Source of the DNA: an uncultured Acidimicrobiia bacterium
GTDB lineage: Bacteria > Actinomycetota > Acidimicrobiia > Spongiisociales > ZC4RG35
Assembly: GCA_963744905.1 (NCBI GenBank)
Contig: CAVUUV010000004.1
Location: forward strand, 102,360-166,359
Direction of reading: 5' to 3'
Length of the DNA: 64,000 nucleotides
Below are positions 56,730-64,000 of this stretch, piece by piece; position 1 is the stretch's first letter; every line of letters begins with the position of its first letter. The translations under genes and the position numbers were made by a program. The notes beneath the pieces are model-generated. The model searched no databases and was not told the DNA's origin. It saw nothing but the letters and a program-made list of their open reading frames with translations.

Positions 56730-58052
56730 ATGACCATCACCGTCAAGGGAGGAACGGTGGTTTCGGCCACCGCTCTCGGCCGGGCAGATCTGCGGATAGA
56801 GGGCGAGACAATCGCCGAGATCGGAGACCTGGAGCCGGATGGCGAGGTGGTGGATGCGACCGGCCTGTTGGTTCTTCCGGGGATGGTCGATACCCACGTT
56901 CACCTCATGGATCCTGGCCCCACCGACCGGGAGGACTTCCCCACCGGGACGTCGGCCGCCGCCGCCCGGGGGGTGACCACGGTCGTCGAGCACACCCACG
57001 CTCATCCGATTCGCTCCGTCTCCGAGTTCGACGACAAACGCCACTATCTGCAGGGACGGTCCAATGTCGACTATGGGCTCGCCGCCCATGTGTGGCCGGA
57101 TCACATAGGCGACATCACCGAACTGGCGGCGGCGGGGATCAGCTTCTTCAAGATCTTCACCTGCACCACCCATGGAGTGCCCGGTCTCGATCCGTTCCAG
57201 TTGCGGGAGGCTCTGATCGCCATAGCCGGGGCCGGGATTGGCTGCCTGATCCACAACGAAGACGAGAGCCTGACTACTTCGACCGAAAGGCGGCTGAGAG
57301 AGGAGGGGAGGTCCGATCCGGGGCTGCTGTCGGAATGGCGCAGCCGCGAAGCAGAGATGGTGGCGGTGGCGTCGAGCGCCGCCCTGGTGTTGAGCACGGG
57401 AGCGGCAGCCACCTTCGCCCATGTCTCCTCTCCGCCGGTCCTGGATGTCATCGACGCCTTTCGCAACCTGGGCGCCGATATCGTCGCCGAGGCCTGTCCC
57501 CAGTACTTCACCATGGAGGAGGCCGAGGTCGAGTCCTTCGGTGCCTTGCGCAAGTTCACCCCGCCGGCCCGGATTCGCCGGGCCGAGGACCGGGTCGCCA
57601 TGTGGGAGGCGGTGCGAACGGGCCGGTTCCATCACTTCTCCACCGATCACGCACCCTCGACCGTCGCCCAGAAGACCGGGACGGGATTCTGGGATGCCCC
57701 ATTCGGGCTTCCCGGGCTCGACACCACCTTGCCCTTCCTCCTGGATGCTGCCCTGGAGGGTGAGATTGCCCTGACCGACCTGGTGCGCCTCTACTCCACC
57801 GCCCCCGCCGACCGCTACCGGCTCCCCAAGGGCCGATTGGCCCCGGGGAGCGACGCCGATCTGGTCCTGGTCGATCCTGAGGCGAACTGGCAGGTCGAGG
57901 ACGGAGACATCATCTCCAAAGCCGGGTGGACACCCCTGGCCGGGCGCAGTTTCCGGGGTGGCGTAGTCTCCACCTACCTGCGTGGCCGGGAAATCGCCCG
58001 GGATGGTCGCTGCCACCACAGTTTGAGCGGCAACTTCGTCCGACCCCGATAG
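56730..58052 (+). CDS. Cyclic amidohydrolase (dihydroorotase/allantoinase/dihydropyrimidinase-like)
   Basis: …GMVDTHVHL… (HxH) and the overall 440 aa layout match D-hydantoinase/allantoinase-type enzymes. Confidence 0.8.
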   Translation: MTITVKGGTVVSATALGRADLRIEGETIAEIGDLEPDGEVVDATGLLVLPGMVDTHVHLMDPGPTDREDFPTGTSAAAARGVTTVVEHTHAHPIRSVSEFDDKRHYLQGRSNVDYGLAAHVWPDHIGDITELAAAGISFFKIFTCTTHGVPGLDPFQLREALIAIAGAGIGCLIHNEDESLTTSTERRLREEGRSDPGLLSEWRSREAEMVAVASSAALVLSTGAAATFAHVSSPPVLDVIDAFRNLGADIVAEACPQYFTMEEAEVESFGALRKFTPPARIRRAEDRVAMWEAVRTGRFHHFSTDHAPSTVAQKTGTGFWDAPFGLPGLDTTLPFLLDAALEGEIALTDLVRLYSTAPADRYRLPKGRLAPGSDADLVLVDPEANWQVEDGDIISKAGWTPLAGRSFRGGVVSTYLRGREIARDGRCHHSLSGNFVRPR

Positions 58053-58103
58053 CGGGACCAGGCTACGGCACCGCGACGGGTCGGCCCGAGGGGTGAGGGA
58101 GAC

Positions 58104-58616
58104 TCAGCAGACGGCGCAGGCGCTCATGAACACCGCCAGCATCGTGTAATAACCCACCATGGCCGCCAGTTCAACGATGCCTTCTTCGCCCAGATCGGAC
58201 CTCGCCGCCTCGAAGACGGCGTCGGACACGGTCCCCGTCCGACACAGCTCCTGGACGAAGGTCACCAGAGTCGCCGCCGAGGGATCGTCCACCATCTTGC
58301 CGGCCTGGATCGATTCCAGTACCGCGTCCGACACCCCGGCCGACCTGGCCAGAGGCGAGTGCGATTCCCACTCGAAGGGGCAACGACGCTCGATGGCGGT
58401 GGTACAGATCACCAGCTCGCGATCGTGGTCCGACAGCATCCCCCGATAGCGGATCACGGCCCCGAGGTCGGCCGCCGCCCGGGCTATCTCCGGACGGTGG
58501 AGCATGGCGGCGAAGGGACGGATCATCTTGCCCCGACTGGCCGCGATGTGATCGAACACCTCCAGCTGGGAAGGAGCGGCCTGGTCTCGCTCTTCGATCA
58601 TCTCGACACGTGGCAT
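58104..58616 (-). CDS. Carboxymuconolactone-decarboxylase (CMD/AhpD-like) family protein
   Basis: 170 aa. …ELVICTTAIERRCPFEWESH… is the typical CMD core. Confidence 0.75.
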   Translation of the reverse strand: MPRVEMIEERDQAAPSQLEVFDHIAASRGKMIRPFAAMLHRPEIARAAADLGAVIRYRGMLSDHDRELVICTTAIERRCPFEWESHSPLARSAGVSDAVLESIQAGKMVDDPSAATLVTFVQELCRTGTVSDAVFEAARSDLGEEGIVELAAMVGYYTMLAVFMSACAVC

Positions 58617-58657
58617 CGTCCCTCCTGGCCAGAAGACATTTCTAGGCTGTATCTTGC

Positions 58658-59467
58658 ATGATATATGATCTGGCGGTGACGGAATCCGCAGACAGAATCG
58701 TCGACACCGCCCGGGGGACGATCTCCTACGGTGACTACGGGAGGGGGCCTGCCCGGGTGGTGCTGCATTCCCTGCTCACGGACCGGCGGGCCTTCGACCA
58801 CCTCCGGGCCGACATGGGTGGCAGGATCATCACCGTCGACCTGGCGGGTTTTGGCTCCACGGCGCCGGCTCCCCCCACCATCGACGCCTATGCCGACCAG
58901 GTGGCCGCTCTCATGGAGGCCCTCGACCTGGAGCCCACCACCACCTTCCTGATGGGAAATGGCCTGGGGGCGTTCGTAGCCCTGGGCCTCGCCATCCACC
59001 ATGGAGACGCCTTCGGGCGGCTGTTGCTGATCGGGTGTGGGACCGGGTTCTCTGCCTCCGCCAGGGGCAGTTTCCTCGCCATGGCTTCGGCGGCGGAGGC
59101 AGGGGGCATGGACGCCGTCGTTCCCACCGCGCTCCGGCGCATATTCACCGAGGAGTACCTGGACGCCAACCCGAGTGTGGCCGAGGAGCGGGCGATGGTG
59201 CTGAAGCGTACCGACCCGGCCGCCTTCGCCTCGGCCTGCCATGCCCTGTACGGCCTCGACTATGCCGAAGAGGTCAGCGGAGTGCACAACCCCACCATGA
59301 TCGTGGTGGGCGAGGACGACCGGGCCACACCACCGGAGATGGCCGAGCGTCTCCACGCGTTGCTCCCCGACTCCACCCTGGTGCGTCTTTCGGGTGTGGC
59401 CCACGCCCCTCATCTGCAGGATCCGGCCGGGTTCATGAGAACGATCAAACGATTCCTGGAGGAATGA
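58658..59467 (+). CDS. Alpha/beta-hydrolase-fold protein (3-oxoadipate enol-lactonase-like) lacking the nucleophilic serine
   Basis: The fold motifs are present (…VVLHSLLTDRRAF…, and a C-terminal …GEDDRATP…GVAHAPHLQDP). The nucleophile elbow reads LMGNGLGAF instead of G-x-S-x-G. Confidence 0.7.
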   Translation: MIYDLAVTESADRIVDTARGTISYGDYGRGPARVVLHSLLTDRRAFDHLRADMGGRIITVDLAGFGSTAPAPPTIDAYADQVAALMEALDLEPTTTFLMGNGLGAFVALGLAIHHGDAFGRLLLIGCGTGFSASARGSFLAMASAAEAGGMDAVVPTALRRIFTEEYLDANPSVAEERAMVLKRTDPAAFASACHALYGLDYAEEVSGVHNPTMIVVGEDDRATPPEMAERLHALLPDSTLVRLSGVAHAPHLQDPAGFMRTIKRFLEE

Positions 59468-60408
59468 TGACGAGGTACAAAGTGGTGGTCAGCGATCAGG
59501 TGTTTCCCTCGGTGGAGATCGAACGCGCCATGCTGGCTGAGATCGACGCCGGGTTGGACGTCGCCACCGGCAACATCGACGACGTGCTGGCCGTGGCCGC
59601 AGATGCCGACGCCATCCTCAACACCTATCTCCCCTGGACCGCCGAGGCCATCGCAGGACTGGAGAGGTGCCAGATCATCGCCCGCTACGGTATCGGGGTC
59701 GACAACGTCGATCTCGATGCGGCCGCCCGCGCCGGCATCGTCGTCACCAACGTCCCCGACTACTCGGTGGAGGAAGTGGCCACCCATGCCCTGGCCCTGA
59801 TTCTGGCCTCTCTGCGGAAGGTGGTACCGGCAGACGACCTGGTTCGGTCCGGCGGGTGGAGCGTGGACAACTTCCGTCCCATACACCGTCTCTCCACCAT
59901 GACGGTGGGCCTGGTGGGCTACGGACGCATCGCCCGGCGTATCGCCGCTCCCCTGGAGGCCCTGGGGGCGCGGCTCGTGGCACACGACCCCTACCTTGAG
60001 CCTGGCCCCGACCTCCCACCGCTGCTGGAGCTCGATGATCTCCTCTCCGAAGCAGACGTGGTCTCGCTCCACCTTCCCCTCACCGACGAGACCCGGGGCC
60101 TGATCGACGCTGACCGGATCGAGATCATGAAGCCGGGCGCGATCCTGGTCAACACCTCCCGCGGCCCGCTGGTGGATCTCGACGCCGTCACCGCCGCCCT
60201 CGAGGAGCACCGGCTCGGTGCCGCCGGTCTGGACGTGTTCGACGTCGAACCGGTCGACCCCGAACGCCTCGAGGGGGTATCGAATCTGATCGCAACTCCC
60301 CACATGGCCTACTACTCGGAGGAAGCGCTGCAGGAATCCCAACGCAAGGCCACCACACAGGTGATCAAAGTCCTCACCGGCCAAGAACCGGATTACCGGG
60401 TCAACTGA
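59467..60408 (+). CDS. D-isomer-specific 2-hydroxyacid dehydrogenase (PGDH/CtBP-like)
   Basis: GLVGYGRIARRIA is an NAD-binding motif. …SLHLPLTDETRGLI… and the catalytic …TPHMAYYSEE… are present. The start overlaps the upstream stop in a TGATG arrangement. Confidence 0.8.
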   Translation: MTRYKVVVSDQVFPSVEIERAMLAEIDAGLDVATGNIDDVLAVAADADAILNTYLPWTAEAIAGLERCQIIARYGIGVDNVDLDAAARAGIVVTNVPDYSVEEVATHALALILASLRKVVPADDLVRSGGWSVDNFRPIHRLSTMTVGLVGYGRIARRIAAPLEALGARLVAHDPYLEPGPDLPPLLELDDLLSEADVVSLHLPLTDETRGLIDADRIEIMKPGAILVNTSRGPLVDLDAVTAALEEHRLGAAGLDVFDVEPVDPERLEGVSNLIATPHMAYYSEEALQESQRKATTQVIKVLTGQEPDYRVN

Positions 60409-60409
60409 G

Positions 60410-60787
60410 ATGGAGGCGAGCCCCGAAATCGTCGAGCGAGGCGTCTTCGAGCCCGAACAGTTCTCCCGGGAGCTGGACCAGGCTCCAGACAATCACGACC
60501 TGGGCACCACGCTCTGGTTCGAGAACGAACGCATCCGGGTGTGGGAGGTTCTGCTCCAGCCGGGAGAGAGAGGTCCCTTTCACAGCCACACCACCAACTA
60601 CTTCTGGACCGTCGTCGAGGGCAGCCGCGGCCTGCAGCGCTTCGCCGACGGGACCTATGTGATTCGCGATTACGAGGTCGGAGAGACCAAATTCCTCGAG
60701 CACACCGTGGATCAGCCCCTGATTCACGACCTCGAGAATGTCGGCGGTGGCGTCCTGCGATTCGTGACTGTGGAACTCCTCGGCTGA
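60410..60787 (+). CDS. Cupin-domain protein
   Basis: 125 aa with the cupin motif …FHSHTTNYFWTVVEG…. Confidence 0.65.
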   Translation: MEASPEIVERGVFEPEQFSRELDQAPDNHDLGTTLWFENERIRVWEVLLQPGERGPFHSHTTNYFWTVVEGSRGLQRFADGTYVIRDYEVGETKFLEHTVDQPLIHDLENVGGGVLRFVTVELLG

Positions 60788-60794
60788 GCAACCG

Positions 60795-61976
60795 ATGGGG
60801 TGGCCACGAGTTGTCATAGCTGGAGGCTCGATCGGGGGCCTCACCACCGCCGCCCTCCTGCGCGACCTGGGATGCCGGGTCGACGTCTACGAGCGCTCGC
60901 CCTCCCCCCTCGAGGACCGGGGGGCCGGAATAGTCGTCCTGCCGATCACCGAGCGCTACTTCCGGGAACGAGCCGAGGAGGATGAGAGGGTCAGCCTGGA
61001 GCTCACCTACTGGACCTACGTCGACCGGGAGGGGAGGATCCTGAGTGCCGACCCCGATCATTACCGGTTCAGCGGCTGGAACACCATCTACCGCGCCCTG
61101 CTCGACGCCTTCGGGACCGAGCACTACCACCTCGGCCGGGAGGTGGTCGGGTTCGAAGAGGACCAGGACGGGGTCACCGCGGTGCTGGCTGACGGCGAAC
61201 GGGTTGGGGGCGACCTGCTGGTCTTCGCTGATGGATTTGGCTCCACCGGCCGCTCCATACTCATGCCGGAGGTGGTTCCCGAGTACGCCGGTTATGTTGC
61301 GTGGCGCGGGACCACCCCCGAGAACTCCCTCAGCCCGGCCACCCGTCGGCAGTTGGCCGACGCCATGGTTTACCAGGTCCTCGACGCCGGACACATCCTG
61401 GTCTACGCCATCCCCGACCATTTCGGACGCACCTCCCCCGGCCACCGGGTGATCAACTCCGTCTGGTATCGCAACTATCCGACGGGAGGCCCCTTCGAGG
61501 ATCTGATGGTCGACCGTGACGGCCGGCGCCGGGCCGCCACCGTTCCCCCGGGAGGAATCCGTCCCGAGCCCATGAGAGAGATGCAGACCACCGCCCGGCG
61601 AGTGCTCGCTCCCATCCTTCTGGAAGTGGTGATGGGGTGTGACCAGCCCCTGATTCAGGCCATCTTCGACCTGGCGAGCCCCCGGATGGCATTCGGCCGT
61701 ATTTGCCTCATCGGAGACGCCGCAGCCACCATCCGTCCCCACCTGGCGGCCGGCCAGGCCAAGGCCTGTGCCGACGCCTGGGCCCTGCGCGACGCACTCC
61801 GGTCGTCGGGCGGCGAGGTGAGGTCTGCCCTGGCGAAGTGGGAGCCCCAACAGCTGGCCCTGGCTCACGATGCCCGGAATCGCTCGCGTGCCATGGGGAC
61901 TGCCAGCCAGTTCGACGGGACGATGATCCCCGGCGACCCCGCCTGGAAATTCGGTTTGTGGGAGCCGGGCAATTGA
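60795..61976 (+). CDS. FAD-dependent aromatic-ring monooxygenase (2,6-dihydroxypyridine-3-hydroxylase/salicylate-hydroxylase-like)
   Basis: The GxGxxG motif is VIAGGSIGGLTTA, and the DG motif is DLLVFADGFGS. …GDAAATIRPHLAAGQ… is also present. The length is about 393 aa. Confidence 0.8.
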   Translation: MGWPRVVIAGGSIGGLTTAALLRDLGCRVDVYERSPSPLEDRGAGIVVLPITERYFRERAEEDERVSLELTYWTYVDREGRILSADPDHYRFSGWNTIYRALLDAFGTEHYHLGREVVGFEEDQDGVTAVLADGERVGGDLLVFADGFGSTGRSILMPEVVPEYAGYVAWRGTTPENSLSPATRRQLADAMVYQVLDAGHILVYAIPDHFGRTSPGHRVINSVWYRNYPTGGPFEDLMVDRDGRRRAATVPPGGIRPEPMREMQTTARRVLAPILLEVVMGCDQPLIQAIFDLASPRMAFGRICLIGDAAATIRPHLAAGQAKACADAWALRDALRSSGGEVRSALAKWEPQQLALAHDARNRSRAMGTASQFDGTMIPGDPAWKFGLWEPGN

Positions 61977-63112
61977 TCGTCGAGGTAGTGGCGGTCGGCA
62001 CCGAGCTCCTCATCGGCCAGATCATCAACTCCAACGCCGCCGCCATCGGCCGCCGGCTGGCCGAGGAAGGCTTCGACGCCCACTTCCAGGTGACGGTAGG
62101 CGACAACCTCTCCCGATTGTCTTTCACTCTCAGGCAGGCCCACCAACGGGCGGATGCGGTCGTCATCACCGGGGGCATCGGCCCCACCCAGGACGACCTC
62201 ACCCGCCAGGCGCTGTGTAACCTCGCCGACCGTCCGATGATCCGGGACCGCGAGCACGCCGCCTGGATCGAGGACCGAATCCGCTCCTCCCGGGGGACGG
62301 TGTCGGAGAACGTGCTGCGCATGGCCGACCTCCCCGAGGGTGCGGAGGGTCTGGTCAACGCCAACGGGGTGGCACTCGGGGTGGCGCTGGAGCATCAGGG
62401 AAAGTGGCTCTTCGCCATGCCCGGTGTTCCAGCCGAGATGATGATGATGTTCGACCAGGAGGTACTCCCCCGGCTCCGCCGACTTTCGGGCTCTCCCGCC
62501 GTCCTCCTCAGCCGGGTGCTGAGAACCTGGGGCCTGGGCGAATCTCAGGTGGCCGAGCGCCTCGACGACCTCTTCACGGCCACCAACCCGTCAGTGGCCT
62601 TCCTCATCAGTGATATGGAGGTCCAGGTCCGGATCAGCGCCAAGGCGCCGGACAGGGAGACGGCAAGAGACCTGATAGAGCCGGTGGAGCGGCAGGTGCG
62701 GGAGAGGCTTGGTGGGGCGGTGTTCGGCAGTGATTCCGATCGCGTCGAGGACCTGATCCTGGGCGGGCTCTCCGCCCAGGCCTGGACGGTGGCCACGGTC
62801 GAGCACGCCACCCTGGGTCAGGTGGGAGCTCGTCTCGCCACAACACTCGGCGAGGCCTTTAGGGGTTCGATCATCCCTCCGTCCGGTGAGGCCGAACCAT
62901 CACCGCCCCCGGCCGACGTGATCCTCCACGTCGGTGAGATCGGGACGGATCCGGCCGAGCGCCGCACGACCCGGGCGGTCGACATGGACGTCCGCACACC
63001 GGTCAGATCCATCGAGCGTACTTTCAGGTTCGGAGGCGACGACGAGCGCCTACGCTCTTTCGCGGTCATCGCCGGACTGCACATGATCCGTCAGGCCATC
63101 GAGCCCTCATGA
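61973..63112 (+). CDS. cinA: CinA-family competence/damage-inducible protein (MoCF-binding domain + CinA C-terminal domain)
   Basis: A probable TTG start at 61973 overlaps the upstream stop. IVEVVAVGTELLIGQIINSN… is the classical CinA N-terminus. Confidence 0.75.
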   Translation: MIVEVVAVGTELLIGQIINSNAAAIGRRLAEEGFDAHFQVTVGDNLSRLSFTLRQAHQRADAVVITGGIGPTQDDLTRQALCNLADRPMIRDREHAAWIEDRIRSSRGTVSENVLRMADLPEGAEGLVNANGVALGVALEHQGKWLFAMPGVPAEMMMMFDQEVLPRLRRLSGSPAVLLSRVLRTWGLGESQVAERLDDLFTATNPSVAFLISDMEVQVRISAKAPDRETARDLIEPVERQVRERLGGAVFGSDSDRVEDLILGGLSAQAWTVATVEHATLGQVGARLATTLGEAFRGSIIPPSGEAEPSPPPADVILHVGEIGTDPAERRTTRAVDMDVRTPVRSIERTFRFGGDDERLRSFAVIAGLHMIRQAIEPS

Positions 63113-63980
63113 TCGCCGGCAGCCGGCTGCGTGACCATCTCGCTCGCCGGCCACTGCTCACTGCGGTCGTATATACGGGGGTTGGGGTTCTGCCCATGTT
63201 CCTGGTCAGCGCCCAGATCCTCCAGTTGGGGCGGGAGATCGACTTCGGCGTTGCCCGGCTCGGTTTGGCCACCGCATTCTTCTTCGGAATGGCCGCCTTG
63301 GCCGCCAACCCGGCCGGTCAGGTGGTGGCGCGCCTCGGCCCTCGCCAGGGTTTGCGCATCGGCAGCTCTCTCACCGTGGTTGCCTGCATCCTGGCCGCCT
63401 CCGCTTCGGCCTGGTGGGTGATACCCGTGGCCACCGCCCTGGGTGGAATCGGCAATGGGACGATCCAGGTAGCGGCCAACGTGGCCATCTTCGACGGCGT
63501 CACCCGGCGAAGGCAGGGATTGGCCTTCGGGAGCAAACAGGCCTCCGTCCCCTTGGCCAGCATGCTGGCCGGACTCTCACTGCCGGTGATCGGACTCGTG
63601 TTCGGGTGGCGCTGGGTCTTCATCGGCGCCGCCTTGCTGGCCCTGATGCTGGCCGCTTCTGCCCCCGCTCCTGCCAACAGGAGAAAAGAGATCGAGGCAC
63701 GAGGGACCCATGGGCCGCCCGCCACCATCTCTGATACTCCTGGGGCTGGCCGGGATCAGTGGGGCCATGGCCGGCAACGGTGTCTCTCTGTTCGTCGTCC
63801 CCTCGGCCGTGGCGGTTGGCATCAGCGAGGCGGCGGCCGGGGCCGTCCTGGCGGTCTGCTCGTTCCTGGCGATGGCCGTGCGCATGGCGGCGGGCTGGAC
63901 CGTGGATAGGCGGGGATCCAGCGGTCACACCGAGATGGCCTGGCTGGTGGGGGCCGGCGCGGTGGGGGCTCTGGTACTGA
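63109..63980 (+). CDS. MFS transporter (runs off the window end; possible frameshift near 63718)
   Basis: Six TM helices and then the central loop are read in the frame of the start codon. The second half (…PPPSLILLGLAGISGAMAGNGVSLFVVP…) is readable in the -1 frame and continues to the end of the window. Confidence 0.65.
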
Positions 63981-64000
63981 TGGCTACCTCCTCACCCCTG

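Noticed and set aside
1-64000. CRISPR arrays, prophage, transposase, integrase or toxin–antitoxin modules
   Set aside because: No regularly spaced direct repeats are present, and no ORF has recombinase, transposase, capsid or terminase motifs. The only repeats are the two short hairpin/palindrome families described above.

Overview
This is a 64 kb, gene-dense chromosomal segment with very high GC content (about 70%), and it looks actinobacterial. The evidence for that is two DUF385 enzymes of the F420-dependent type, a DinB-like protein of the mycothiol-dependent TIGR03083 type, a regulator that fuses an adenylate cyclase, an NB-ARC/AAA ATPase and TPR repeats, and many small SnoaL, GNAT and TetR family genes. 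I found no rRNA, tRNA, CRISPR array, transposase or integrase.

The gene content falls into four blocks:
- **1–21 kb:** housekeeping and accessory genes, including an HpaB-like monooxygenase, NUDIX, an ECF sigma/anti-sigma pair, the YpfJ zinc peptidase, and the cyclase/ATPase/TPR regulator.
- **13.2–15.7 kb:** a cluster of three GNAT acetyltransferases plus a DUF3224 gene, punctuated by three copies of a conserved 45 bp hairpin repeat.
- **35.6–48.3 kb:** a divergently organised catabolic locus. It holds an Ldh_2 dehydrogenase, a cupin, an SDR, a DctP-like protein with no signal peptide, a DRE-TIM (HMGL-like) enzyme, an M24 hydrolase, a PEP-utilising enzyme that lacks the PEP-binding barrel, a HIBADH-like dehydrogenase, an orphan CoxL-like molybdopterin subunit and a second SDR.
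- **49.7–62 kb:** a second catabolic locus under a GntR regulator. It holds an amidohydrolase-2 decarboxylase-like enzyme, a DMT exporter, a Zn-ADH, a class III CoA-transferase, a MenB/BadI-like crotonase, a Gfo/Idh/MocA enzyme, a cyclic amidohydrolase, a CMD-family protein, a Ser-less alpha/beta hydrolase, a 2-hydroxyacid dehydrogenase, a cupin and a 2,6-dihydroxypyridine-hydroxylase-like FAD monooxygenase.

The most striking things I can see in the sequence are these:
- **Frameshifts.** At least eleven well-conserved genes are interrupted by single-base frameshifts, several of them at G/C homopolymer runs. That points to either indel-prone sequencing or ongoing gene decay.
- **Repeat families.** Two short intergenic repeat families recur across the window.
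- **Gene remnants.** There are decayed remnants of further cyclase and TPR regulator genes.
- **Catabolic loci.** Both catabolic loci have unusual component combinations with no obvious characterised counterpart.

Every functional call below is made by eye from translated motifs. I could not run any homology search.
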